Source of the DNA: Lysobacterales bacterium | GTDB taxonomy: Bacteria > Pseudomonadota > Gammaproteobacteria > Xanthomonadales > SZUA-5 | Direction: 5' to 3' | Length of the DNA: 64,000 nt | Assembly (NCBI GenBank): GCA_022844165.1 | Contig: JALHMH010000013.1 | Coordinates: 1 to 64,000, forward strand | In this document: positions 29,546-38,705 of the stretch, in pieces | How positions within the stretch are numbered: the first letter of the stretch is position 1 | Layout of the letters: each line of letters opens with the position of its first letter | Translations under genes and position numbers: made by a program | The notes under the pieces: model-generated | The model's database searches: none | What the model was told of the DNA's origin: nothing | The model's input: the letters and a program-made list of their open reading frames with translations, nothing else

Positions 29546-29598
29546 CAGCGGCAACGCGTTGCCGATACTGATCTCCAAGGGATGATCCTGGAGGGAAA

Positions 29599-30492
29599 AT
29601 GACCAATCGAGTGTTCGCCGCACTACGCGCCGTCAGCAAGCGTTACGGCGCCATTTCAGCGCTTGATGGCATGAATCTGGAGATTCGCGAAGGTGAGCTG
29701 CTGTCGCTGCTGGGCGTTAACGGTGCCGGCAAGACCACTGCGCTGTCACTCATCACCGGACAACTGCAAGCCGACGCCGGATCCGTCGAGTTGTTTGGCG
29801 GCGACCCAACTGAACCTCAGCAACGCGCGCACCTTGGCGTGATGCTTCAGGAAGCGGAATTGCCCGAGAAGCTCAAGGTACGCGAACTGATTCACCAGCA
29901 GAGTCAGTATTTCGCCTCGGCCCTCGGCATCAACGAGACGCTTGAGCTGTCTGGATTGGCGGATCTGGCGGCGCGCCGATATGAGCAACTCTCCGGCGGG
30001 CAGAAGCGCCGGGTGCAATTTGCACTGGCACTGGCAGGTAATCCTCGGCTATTGCTCATTGATGAGCCCACAACAGGTTTGGACGTCGGCGCCCGGCGAC
30101 AGTTTTGGCAGGTTGTGCGCGAACTCAAAGCACGCGGCGTGAGCATCGTACTGACCACGCACTATCTTGAAGAGGCCGATGCACTGGCCGACCGTATCGT
30201 CGTCATGGGTCAGGGCCGGGTCCTTGCCGACGGCTCGCCGACGGCCATCAAATCTCGGGCGCAGGGCCGACGCGTCAGTGCGCGCACCGCGCTATCGTTG
30301 GAAACGGTTCAATCATTCGCTCACGTTTCGCAAGCCAGCGCATCCGAAGGCCGAATTGCGTTGCGCAGCCCGCGCGTCGAGGACGTTCTTCGGCAATGGT
30401 TGGCGGCCGACCCCACATTGGCCGAGCTTACGGTGGAGGCCTTGAGCCTTGAAGATGCATTCCTCACTCTGACACAGGAGTCGGTGCAATGA
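29599..30492 (+). CDS. ABC-2 type transporter ATP-binding protein
   Basis: Walker A GVNGAGKT, signature LSGGQ, Walker B LLLIDEPT, H-loop TTHY. Confidence 0.96.
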   Translation: MTNRVFAALRAVSKRYGAISALDGMNLEIREGELLSLLGVNGAGKTTALSLITGQLQADAGSVELFGGDPTEPQQRAHLGVMLQEAELPEKLKVRELIHQQSQYFASALGINETLELSGLADLAARRYEQLSGGQKRRVQFALALAGNPRLLLIDEPTTGLDVGARRQFWQVVRELKARGVSIVLTTHYLEEADALADRIVVMGQGRVLADGSPTAIKSRAQGRRVSARTALSLETVQSFAHVSQASASEGRIALRSPRVEDVLRQWLAADPTLAELTVEALSLEDAFLTLTQESVQ

Positions 30493-31223
30493 GCTTGCGC
30501 GTCTATGCCTGGGAGTCTTACTACGAACTGCTGAAGACACTTCGGCAACCCGCATTCGTGATTCCGAGTCTCGCTTTTCCAGTGGTCTTCTATGCACTGT
30601 TCGCCATTGTGCTCCCGGGCAACTGGGGCGGTTATCAGAAGGCCACGTACCTGCTCGCGACGTATGGCGTGTTTGGTGTCATCGGCCCGGCCTTGTTCGG
30701 CTTCGGCGTCGGTTTGGCGATGGAGCAACAGCAGGGCCTGCTGCGTTTGAAGCGCGTTTCGCCGATGCCGATTTCGGCCTATTTCTTCGCAAAGATCGTC
30801 ATGAGCCTGGTTTTTGCCTCGATCATTTACGGCCTGTTGTCGCTGGTTGGAATTGTGTTCGGCGACGTCGCAATTGGCGCTTTTGAATGGCTACGTCTCG
30901 GCGGCGTGTTGCTGATCGGCGTCTTACCTTTTTGCGCGCTGGGTCTTTGGATCGGATCGATGGTCGGCGGCCAGGCAGCGGTGGCGATTGTCAATCTTGT
31001 CTACCTGCCCATGGCCGTGTTGTCTGGATTATGGATGCCGTTGTTCGTATTCCCGCAGTTCATTCAGGACTTGGCAGTCGTGTGGCCCGCATGGCACCTC
31101 GCACAAATGGCCCTTGGCGTCGTCGGGCAAGTCAAAGGCGTTCCGATGGTAATGCATGCTCTCGTTCTGCTCATGATGGCCGCTCTATTCCTTGTGTTGG
31201 CAGCGATTAATCTGCGGCGCTGA
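30489..31223 (+). CDS. ABC-2 type transporter permease
   Basis: Six hydrophobic segments, ATGA overlap with the ATPase gene, 'LSGLWMP...P' pattern. Confidence 0.93.
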   Translation: MSLRVYAWESYYELLKTLRQPAFVIPSLAFPVVFYALFAIVLPGNWGGYQKATYLLATYGVFGVIGPALFGFGVGLAMEQQQGLLRLKRVSPMPISAYFFAKIVMSLVFASIIYGLLSLVGIVFGDVAIGAFEWLRLGGVLLIGVLPFCALGLWIGSMVGGQAAVAIVNLVYLPMAVLSGLWMPLFVFPQFIQDLAVVWPAWHLAQMALGVVGQVKGVPMVMHALVLLMMAALFLVLAAINLRR

Positions 31224-31338
31224 GGTAACTCGGAGGAACGAAACCAGGCCATTTCCTTGCGCCGTCGAGATGTCCGGGGCAAACCCAACGCGCACCACGC
31301 AATCCAACCACCTCAATGCCCCGCCGAACAACCTTAGG

Positions 31339-32406
31339 ATGTCACTCGTGAACCGTACCTCATTGAAGCTTCTGGCGCTGGCGCTGGCATTACTCCTGGC
31401 CTGGTTGCTGGCGACTTTCGAACGTGCCGCGATGCCGCGGCCAGGCCGCACCACATCGAGCGAAGAACCAGCAAGAGAAACTGGCGGCCCGTCGCACGAT
31501 CGAGTTTCACCAGCGAAGGAGATGCCGCACAAGGGCGTTGACGTCCGCGAAGACGGCCTGGTCGCAACATGGTTTGCACCGCCATCGTCCCCGGCGCCGG
31601 CCCTGTTGGTTCTCGGCGGCAGCGAAGGCGGCAAGGAGATGTCAACGCGAATGGCATCAGGCCTTCACGCGCAAGGCTACGGTACGCTGGCGCTCGCGTA
31701 CTTCGATGCAGAAGGACTGCCTAAGCAACTGAAGGAAGTCCCGCTGGAGTACTTTTCGCGCGCGATCGACTGGTTGGTACGTCAACCTGGCATCGACGCC
31801 GCAAGAATCGGCGTGGTCGGCGGATCGAAAGGGGCCGAGGCAGCTCTTCTGCTTGCCAGTCGGGATCGCAGAGTGCGCGCAGTTGTCGCGTTCACGCCTT
31901 CCGACTACGCATGGCAAAGCGTCGATTGGGAGGGCTGGTCGGACACGCCGTCATGGACCGAAGACGGTTCGCCGATCGAGTACCTTCGCTATGCACCATT
32001 CGACCCAGCAGCAGGACTGCGTGCCATGTACGACCGCAGCGTCGCGGACTCTTCGACCGAGGCGCGCGAAGCGGCACGGATCCCATTGGAACGATCCGAA
32101 GCCGCGATATTGCTGATCGCTGGAGAAGCCGATGCACTGTGGGGCGCCGTTGAGGCCAGCGATCGGATTGCCCGATCGCTTGCAGAGCGGGGCTACCGCC
32201 ATGAGGTTCAAGTCTTACGTTATCCGGACGCCGGGCACGTGGTTTTCATGGGTCGCACACTTTCCATCAACGACGCTCTGATGGAGCGCATTCTGCCCAT
32301 GGGCGGCACGCCAGAAGGCATCGTCGCTGCGGTGAATGACGCTTGGCCGAAATCCGTGAACTTCTTGGCCAGGCACCTTTCCGAACCGTCCGACGCTCAG
32401 GAGTAA
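31339..32406 (+). CDS. BAAT/acyl-CoA thioesterase family alpha/beta hydrolase
   Basis: LGGSEGG, 'EVPLEYF..AI.WL', GGSKG nucleophile, 'GEADALW', YPDAGH. N-terminal hydrophobic anchor. Confidence 0.9.
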   Translation: MSLVNRTSLKLLALALALLLAWLLATFERAAMPRPGRTTSSEEPARETGGPSHDRVSPAKEMPHKGVDVREDGLVATWFAPPSSPAPALLVLGGSEGGKEMSTRMASGLHAQGYGTLALAYFDAEGLPKQLKEVPLEYFSRAIDWLVRQPGIDAARIGVVGGSKGAEAALLLASRDRRVRAVVAFTPSDYAWQSVDWEGWSDTPSWTEDGSPIEYLRYAPFDPAAGLRAMYDRSVADSSTEAREAARIPLERSEAAILLIAGEADALWGAVEASDRIARSLAERGYRHEVQVLRYPDAGHVVFMGRTLSINDALMERILPMGGTPEGIVAAVNDAWPKSVNFLARHLSEPSDAQE

Positions 32407-32563
32407 AGCAAATCTTCGCCAGGTCTTCTCTGGGAACTGTCGACGACACGGTGCTTGAGAGGTCTACATTTCGGCCAGCTCAGGTGTATCGCCACGAGGC
32501 TGATTCGGATCGGTCTTCCAAGATCGTAGACTCTGGAGCGCCTCCTCCACTGAGCATTCGGTG

Positions 32564-33463
32564 ATGGTCAAAAAATCGCGGATCTGCAACGCATTCGCCG
32601 CTGCATTGCGACTCGCAACGTTCACGACGGCGACGTTCGCCTCGCCGATCTGCGCGCAAGACGCTGCGACGCCGCGAACCGTCAATGTGGGCGGCCAGGA
32701 GCGAAAATTCAATCTTTTCGCGCCGTCAGGACTTAAACAAGCGCCATTGATCATCACACTGCATGGCCACGGCCAGTCTGCAAAACAGATCGAGACCTTA
32801 TCTGGCTGGAACGCTGTCGCTGCGGCAAACGGGGCCGTGGTGGTCTATCCGCTCGCGCGGGGTGCACGTTGGCGGATTTTCGGGGACACGAGCCCGGATG
32901 TGGAGTTTCTCCTGGCGCTGATCGACCACTTGTCCTCCGAAGACCTGGTGAATCCAGCACTGGTATTTGTCAATGGTTATTCGGGCGGCGCTCAGATGAG
33001 CTGGCGGTTTGCCTGCGAGGTACCCAACCGAGTCGTGGCGGCAGGATTCGTGGCCGGTGCAGCACCCAATGGGTGCGGCCTCGGTCGAAAGCCGCCCGTC
33101 ATCATGTTCCACGGCGAAAAGGACCTTTCCTTGCCTTATAAAAACGAGCGCCGCACGTTGCCCATTCCGGAACTCGGCCGTGCATGGGCAGCGCGGGCGG
33201 GCTGCGACCCTCAGGAAAGCGTCGAACGACTCAGCGATGCGCCACGTCTTGCCGAAGGCGTACGATTGCACCGCTGGGTTTGCGACCCCGATGCACCGGT
33301 TGAACTTTTCAGTTTCAAACGCGGAGGTCACGATTGGCCCGGCGATGAACACAACACAGGCAGCCGTTCCGTGGATGCAACGGCCTTCATGTGGGACTTC
33401 TTTCGTGCACACGCCCGATCCGTCGAAAAACGTCGAAACGTCCCGGCCGGATTGACCAACTGA
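32564..33463 (+). CDS. PHB depolymerase/LpqC family esterase
   Basis: LHGHG, 'VVYP', 'DVEFL..LI', GYSGG nucleophile, HGEKD, GGHDWPG. Signal-like N-terminus. Confidence 0.88.
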   Translation: MVKKSRICNAFAAALRLATFTTATFASPICAQDAATPRTVNVGGQERKFNLFAPSGLKQAPLIITLHGHGQSAKQIETLSGWNAVAAANGAVVVYPLARGARWRIFGDTSPDVEFLLALIDHLSSEDLVNPALVFVNGYSGGAQMSWRFACEVPNRVVAAGFVAGAAPNGCGLGRKPPVIMFHGEKDLSLPYKNERRTLPIPELGRAWAARAGCDPQESVERLSDAPRLAEGVRLHRWVCDPDAPVELFSFKRGGHDWPGDEHNTGSRSVDATAFMWDFFRAHARSVEKRRNVPAGLTN

Positions 33464-33610
33464 CGAGCAACGCTTCGCCCCGGAGCGTCGCGCATCTTGT
33501 CGCTCCTGCGTTGAGACCCGTCTGGTCAAGAACGCAAGCGCCGACACTTTTCTTCACGCAGATTCGCCGTCGCGTTGGTAGCCTAGCGGGAGTTCCTGGG
33601 AGTAGCAGTC

Positions 33611-36088
33611 ATGAAGATTTCTAAAGGTGTCTTGAGCCTGGGTTTGATCGGCGCCGCGGCAATCGGCTACGCAGCCTGGGAGGACTGGAATCGCGAGCCA
33701 GATCTGCCAGGGCCACTAATCCGCGGCGGCATTGTCGACAAAGAGACATTCATGCTCAGGCGCGCCGAACAGACAGCACTAAAGCGCGGCATTGACCCGG
33801 AGAAGGCGATTTTGTACTCGCCCAAGTGGCGCCAGGATGCGATCGCGGCGTTGGATGCGCGTGTTGCACGTGCGCCGCTCGCCGGTGGTTCATGGCGGGA
33901 ACTTGGCCCAGCCCCGACGCCGAATGGACAAACGGTAGGCACCGTAACGCCTGTCTCCGGCCGGGTGATTTCGATCGCCGTCCATCCCACCAATGCCGAT
34001 ATCGTCTACGTAGGCACAGCAAGCGGCGGACTCTACCGATCCGTCAATGGCGGCACCACGTGGGTGCCTTTGATGGACACCGCACTGTCGTTGTCAATTG
34101 GTGCTGTGGCAATCGCACCCTCAAGTCCTGATACGGTGTACGTTGGCACCGGCGAGCCAAATTTTTCACTCGACAGCTTTTTTGGCGTCGGCGTGTATCG
34201 CATCGACAACGCCTCGGGCGCTAACCCCACGCTGGTGGGACCACTGAACCAAAACGGTTCAGGCAACGATGTGTTCAGCGGTCGATCAGTCAGCGAAATT
34301 CAGGTTCATCCTACGCAACCAGGCACCATCTTTGTATCGACAACGTCTGGCGTGGGCGGCTTCGGCGTCGCATTGCCCGGCGCCCAGCTACCCCAGCGCG
34401 GCGTATTCAGATCGACCAACGCCAACAGCGCATCGCCAACTTTTTCGCGCTTGGGCAATCTCGCCGGCGGTGGCGACTTCAGTGTCCGCGACATCGTCAT
34501 CAGCCCGCAGAACCCCAACTTCCTGGTGGCCGCCATTGCGGTACCGAACAACGCCCTCGCCGGTTTGCATGTGAGCACGGACGCGCTGGCAGCAACGCCG
34601 ACATTCACCCAGCGTGTGAGCTACACCGGCGTATCGACCAGCGAGAGCAACGCCGAGCTCGCTATTCAACACGCGGTCGGAGCGGCCAACCCAACCGTAT
34701 ACGCTGGCACGGGCAATCTCGGTGGTCGGGTGTTGATCAACACCGACGGAGGTACCACCTGGACACAGCAGATCGATAACAACTTCTGCACGCCACAGTG
34801 TTTTTATGACATCGCCATCGAAGTCGCGCCGAACGATCCTACGCGCGTCTACCTGGGCGGAGCGCCGGCCGTGCCTTTCGCCTTCAGCACCAACAGCGGT
34901 ACCTCGTTTACGCTGTCGCAAAATGGCCTGCACGTCGACACCCATGCCATCGCCGTCGCGCCCGGCACACCAACCACGCTTTATCTGGGAACAGATGGCG
35001 GCATCTACAAATCCACCAACAGCGGCGGCACCTGGACTGTACTCAACAACAGCACCTTCAGCGCCACGCAGTTTCAAAGCATGGATACGCACCCGCTGGA
35101 TCGGCAGTTCTTGATTGGTGGAACGCAGGACAATGGCACGAAGATGCTACGCCCCGATACCAGTTGGTTTCGCATTGACTTTGGCGACGGCGGTTTTGCG
35201 CTGATCGATCAGAACGCAACCAATACCACCGATGTGCGTATGTACCACACATACTTCAACCAAACGAACGCGATGGGCTACGCGCGTGTGACCAACGTCG
35301 CGAATGCCGTCGATAACGGTTGGACGTTTTTTGGCTGCGGGTTCGGCGGTTCAACGCCGAACGGCATGACGTGCTCGGCAAGCTCGATCTTGTTCTATGC
35401 GCCGATGGCGCGGGGCCCGGGCAGCCCGAATAACACCATCTATTTCGGCTCGGATGTCTTGTACCGATCGAGCGACGGCGGCACCACGATGAGTAAAGTC
35501 AGCCAGGAGCCGATTACCTCGGGTCAGCCCATTACCGCGATCGCTATTGCGCCGAGCGACGACAACGTACGCATTGTGGGTCTGCGCAACGGCGGGTTAT
35601 TCCGCACCACGAATGGCACTTCGCCATTGGTATCCGTCGATCCGGTTGGCGCGGGCAGCGTCATCCCGGATTGGTTCATCGGCCGCATTGCGATTGATCC
35701 CACCAACAGCAACGTCGCCTATGTGGCGCTCTCGGGTTTCCCCGGCGCCGGCCAGGTGATTTATAAGACCAGTAACTTGCTCGCAGCCACACCCACATGG
35801 ACGGCGTCGGCGAGCGGCCTGCCGAATGTGCCTGCAACCGCAATGGCGATTGATCCGGCGAACAATAATCACGTTTATGTTGGCACCGACATCGGCGTGT
35901 TCGCATCCTTCGATGCCGGCTCGACCTGGGAGCCCTACGGCACAGGCTTACCGCGCGTTCCGGTCTTCGGGATGGGCTTTCAGGCGCCGCTGGCGCCAGG
36001 TGGCAGGCAAGCCCTGCGCATTGCCACGCACGGCCGCGGCATCTGGGAGATCACCTTTGATAACTTGTTTGCGAATGGGTTCGAATGA
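33611..36088 (+). CDS. Secreted BNR/Asp-box repeat (sialidase/VPS10-like) beta-propeller protein with C-terminal DNLFANGFE tail
   Basis: Many SxxGGxTW Asp boxes, 'GGTQDNG', 'GDGG', terminal 'ATHGRGIW'. Confidence 0.9.
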   Translation: MKISKGVLSLGLIGAAAIGYAAWEDWNREPDLPGPLIRGGIVDKETFMLRRAEQTALKRGIDPEKAILYSPKWRQDAIAALDARVARAPLAGGSWRELGPAPTPNGQTVGTVTPVSGRVISIAVHPTNADIVYVGTASGGLYRSVNGGTTWVPLMDTALSLSIGAVAIAPSSPDTVYVGTGEPNFSLDSFFGVGVYRIDNASGANPTLVGPLNQNGSGNDVFSGRSVSEIQVHPTQPGTIFVSTTSGVGGFGVALPGAQLPQRGVFRSTNANSASPTFSRLGNLAGGGDFSVRDIVISPQNPNFLVAAIAVPNNALAGLHVSTDALAATPTFTQRVSYTGVSTSESNAELAIQHAVGAANPTVYAGTGNLGGRVLINTDGGTTWTQQIDNNFCTPQCFYDIAIEVAPNDPTRVYLGGAPAVPFAFSTNSGTSFTLSQNGLHVDTHAIAVAPGTPTTLYLGTDGGIYKSTNSGGTWTVLNNSTFSATQFQSMDTHPLDRQFLIGGTQDNGTKMLRPDTSWFRIDFGDGGFALIDQNATNTTDVRMYHTYFNQTNAMGYARVTNVANAVDNGWTFFGCGFGGSTPNGMTCSASSILFYAPMARGPGSPNNTIYFGSDVLYRSSDGGTTMSKVSQEPITSGQPITAIAIAPSDDNVRIVGLRNGGLFRTTNGTSPLVSVDPVGAGSVIPDWFIGRIAIDPTNSNVAYVALSGFPGAGQVIYKTSNLLAATPTWTASASGLPNVPATAMAIDPANNNHVYVGTDIGVFASFDAGSTWEPYGTGLPRVPVFGMGFQAPLAPGGRQALRIATHGRGIWEITFDNLFANGFE

Positions 36089-36251
36089 AGCACTTCGCGT
36101 AACGGCAAGCGCAGACCAACCTGCGTGAGTACGCCAGCTCTCGATACGAAGCGCTGGCGCGGCTCGGAATGTATGGTGAATGATCGCTCCGATCGGAGCC
36201 TCATTCGCCCCGAGCCGGGACACATGCCGGGTTGCGAAGCGACAATCGATC

Positions 36252-36761
36252 TTACCTGAACAATTTCCCAGGCAAACCCAATCTCCCAGCCACCTCGCGC
36301 TGATGAGCGTGAGTGATCGCAACGGCCAGCGCATCGGCTGCGTCGGCTCTCATGGTTGACTTGATGTTCAGCAAGATGCCGATCATGTATTGCACTTGCG
36401 CTTTATCGGCGCCGCCCGAACCAACGACCGCGTTCTTGATGTGGCGCGGCGCGTATTCGCTGACGGGCAACAAGGCATTGACGCACGCACAAATCGCTGC
36501 TCCGCGTGCCTGGCCGAGCTTTAGAGCGGACTGCGGATTCTTCGACAAAAAGACCGTCTCAACGGCCACCTCATCGGGTCGGAAGTCGGCTATGGCGCGA
36601 CTGACGCCGTCGAAAATGTCCTTGAGCCGAGTGGGAAAATTCTCATCATAGGTTTCCACAACCAGATGCTCGACGTGCTTCAAAGATCCGCGTTCGACGC
36701 TGATGATACCCAGGCCGGTGCGCCGCGAGCCTGGGTCAATGCCGAGTATGCGCGTTACCAC
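36252..36761 (-). CDS. ruvC: Crossover junction endodeoxyribonuclease RuvC
   Basis: ILGIDPGSRRTG, VAVE, LKLGQARG, K.AVVG.G.ADK.QV, DAADALAVAITH. Confidence 0.98.
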   Translation of the reverse strand: MVTRILGIDPGSRRTGLGIISVERGSLKHVEHLVVETYDENFPTRLKDIFDGVSRAIADFRPDEVAVETVFLSKNPQSALKLGQARGAAICACVNALLPVSEYAPRHIKNAVVGSGGADKAQVQYMIGILLNIKSTMRADAADALAVAITHAHQREVAGRLGLPGKLFR

Positions 36762-36815
36762 GCGATCTGACGCCCAGACGCAACCCTGTCAACACACATG
36801 CCAACCGGCGCTGCG

Positions 36816-37218
36816 CTAGAGTCCCTGACGGAGACTGATCTCGACAAATGAGTCAAATTTTCTACGAAGCGGCTTTGGCTTTTGAAGCCCCCTTGAGTCA
36901 AGGGGGCGCGCGGAGCGCGGGGTTGTGGCGAGTACGCTGTCGGACGAAGCCAGCAATGCTCGTCGGTCTGAGGCGAAGCCTCGTTAGAGTCCTCAATGAA
37001 GCTGGATCTTGTCATTTGAGTCGGTTTCTTAGAAGCGGCTTTGGCTTTTGCAGCCCCATAACTTAAGGCGGTGAGACTCGGCACACGCCGCAGGCGTGTG
37101 CCGAGTCGAACGCCCGGCGGCTGCGCCGCTGGGCCGGAAATGCGAAGCGCGGGTTGTGGGAAATACGGTGTCTTGCGAAGCCAACAATGCTCGGCGGTCT
37201 GAGGCGGAGCCTCGTTAG
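36816..37218 (+). repeat. Two tandem full copies of repeat family A (MITE-like), 36816-36987 and 36984-37218
   Basis: Both units begin YTAGAGTCC and end GTCTGAGGCGRAGCCTCGTTAG, and they share the TTAG at 36984-36987. The internal hairpins differ. Confidence 0.8.
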
Positions 37219-37331
37219 TTCTGCATTGCAATTGAAACATCCAGCGCATCGTCGGGACTCGGCGAACTCAAACTTTGAGCGTGATCCAGATCGCAGGAAC
37301 CGTCAAGAACAAAGAAACCGGGGTACGACGA

Positions 37332-37751
37332 TCAATCGCCCACGGAGCAACGATGCATACGATCGAGCTTACGCTGCAACCACCACGCGAGTAGATGGTG
37401 CAGCCCTAAGGCACTGACCAGCCAGCGATGGCGCGCCATATGCGCATACAGAACGCCTAGCGGGCGCTCGAACCGACCGAGTGCATTTGCCATGGCTAGA
37501 AAACCGATTCGCCGATACACAGCCGCGAATGCGGGTACGCCAATATGCATCGTCTCGCCTTCTACGACATGCAACCTACCCATCAGTTCGGCCCGGGCAA
37601 ACGTGCGCTCTCCAAAACGGACCTCCACGTCCCTGCCACTGATATCGATCAATCGCACGGCATCCATCCGAGCGACGGCCATGGTTTCCATTTCGGCCCG
37701 GCAAACGGGGCAGCTTGCATCGTAATAGACGGTCAATGGTGGCTCAGTCAT
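37332..37751 (-). CDS. DUF393/DCC1-like thiol-disulfide oxidoreductase family protein
   Basis: MTEPPLTVYYDASCPVC (DxxCxxC), 'G..AF..VY', 'LY..MARHR'. Confidence 0.88.
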   Translation of the reverse strand: MTEPPLTVYYDASCPVCRAEMETMAVARMDAVRLIDISGRDVEVRFGERTFARAELMGRLHVVEGETMHIGVPAFAAVYRRIGFLAMANALGRFERPLGVLYAHMARHRWLVSALGLHHLLAWWLQRKLDRMHRCSVGD

Positions 37752-37790
37752 GCGGTTATGATCCAACGAATTCGGTGAAGGAGCCGCAAC

Positions 37791-38687
37791 ATCGCACGCG
37801 TACTCATTCTTGGTGGTTCCGGTTTCATTGGTCGCCATGCCGTTGCCGCCGCCCTGGCCAGTGGCCTGAACGTCACCATCGCCAGCCGCTTTCCCGAACG
37901 CATCGCGCATAAACTGCCGCAATCCGCACGTCACTGCCCACGCATCGCAGTGCACATGGAGCAACTGGCGACGCCATCGCGCTGGCTTCCCATTCTCGGC
38001 GAGCATGACGCTGTGATCAACTGTGTGGGAATTCTGCGACAACGCCGCGGCGAAACCTATGAGGCCCTGCACCATTTTGCGGTCGCAGCGCTGGCCAGCG
38101 CCTGTGGTGACCGACGCCTGGTGCATGTCTCGGCGCTTGGCCTGGAAGCACCCGCAAGAAGTCGATTCCTGACAAGCAAACGACGCGGGGAAAGGGCGTT
38201 GATGCAATCGCCCGCCGACTGGTTCTTGGTGCGCCCTTCGTTGCTCGATGGCCAAGGGGGTTTCGGCGCGAGCTGGCTCCGCAGCGTGGCGCAGTGGCCC
38301 GTGCATCCGCTTCCCAGCGCGGCACGCGGGCGCGTCGCTGCATTGGACGTTGCCGAACTGGGCGAATGCCTGGCGGCAATTGTCTGCGCCCCGTCTGCCG
38401 CTCGCCCCGTCGAAGAACGCATTGTCGAACTTGGCGGCCCACAACAACTCACGTTAGTCGAGTACTTGCGCGCCTTGCGCCGACCGAAACCGGACGCGGC
38501 CGTGCTACCTGTTCCCAATTGGCTGGCAAGAATCACGAGCCACATCTGCGATGTGCTGCACGTCACGCCATTTTCATACGGCCACTGGGAACTTCTGCAA
38601 CGGGACAACCTGCCGTCCAACAATCGAACGGCAGAGTGGCTGGGGCGTAAACCAAGGCCAATCGGCCCGCACGCAGGATCGCATTAG
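37791..38687 (+). CDS. NAD(P)-binding epimerase/dehydratase (atypical SDR); apparent ATC start
   Basis: In frame and upstream of the listed ORF lies RVLILGGSGFIGRH (Rossmann motif). Also AVINCVGIL, HVSALG, SKRRGE, RPS. AAGGAG RBS 7 nt before ATC 37791. Confidence 0.8.
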   Translation: MARVLILGGSGFIGRHAVAAALASGLNVTIASRFPERIAHKLPQSARHCPRIAVHMEQLATPSRWLPILGEHDAVINCVGILRQRRGETYEALHHFAVAALASACGDRRLVHVSALGLEAPARSRFLTSKRRGERALMQSPADWFLVRPSLLDGQGGFGASWLRSVAQWPVHPLPSAARGRVAALDVAELGECLAAIVCAPSAARPVEERIVELGGPQQLTLVEYLRALRRPKPDAAVLPVPNWLARITSHICDVLHVTPFSYGHWELLQRDNLPSNNRTAEWLGRKPRPIGPHAGSH

Positions 38688-38705
38688 CGGAGCCATCCCG
38701 CTGGC

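Noticed and set aside
36816-37218. CRISPR array or small-protein genes (36848, 37154, 36755 ORFs)
   Set aside because: Only two long degenerate units with no regular repeat-spacer period and no cas genes. The ORF similarity comes from the repeat itself.
37332-38447. 371-aa minus-strand ORF as one gene
   Set aside because: Only the last 139 codons (DUF393) look real. The rest is antisense to the SDR gene.
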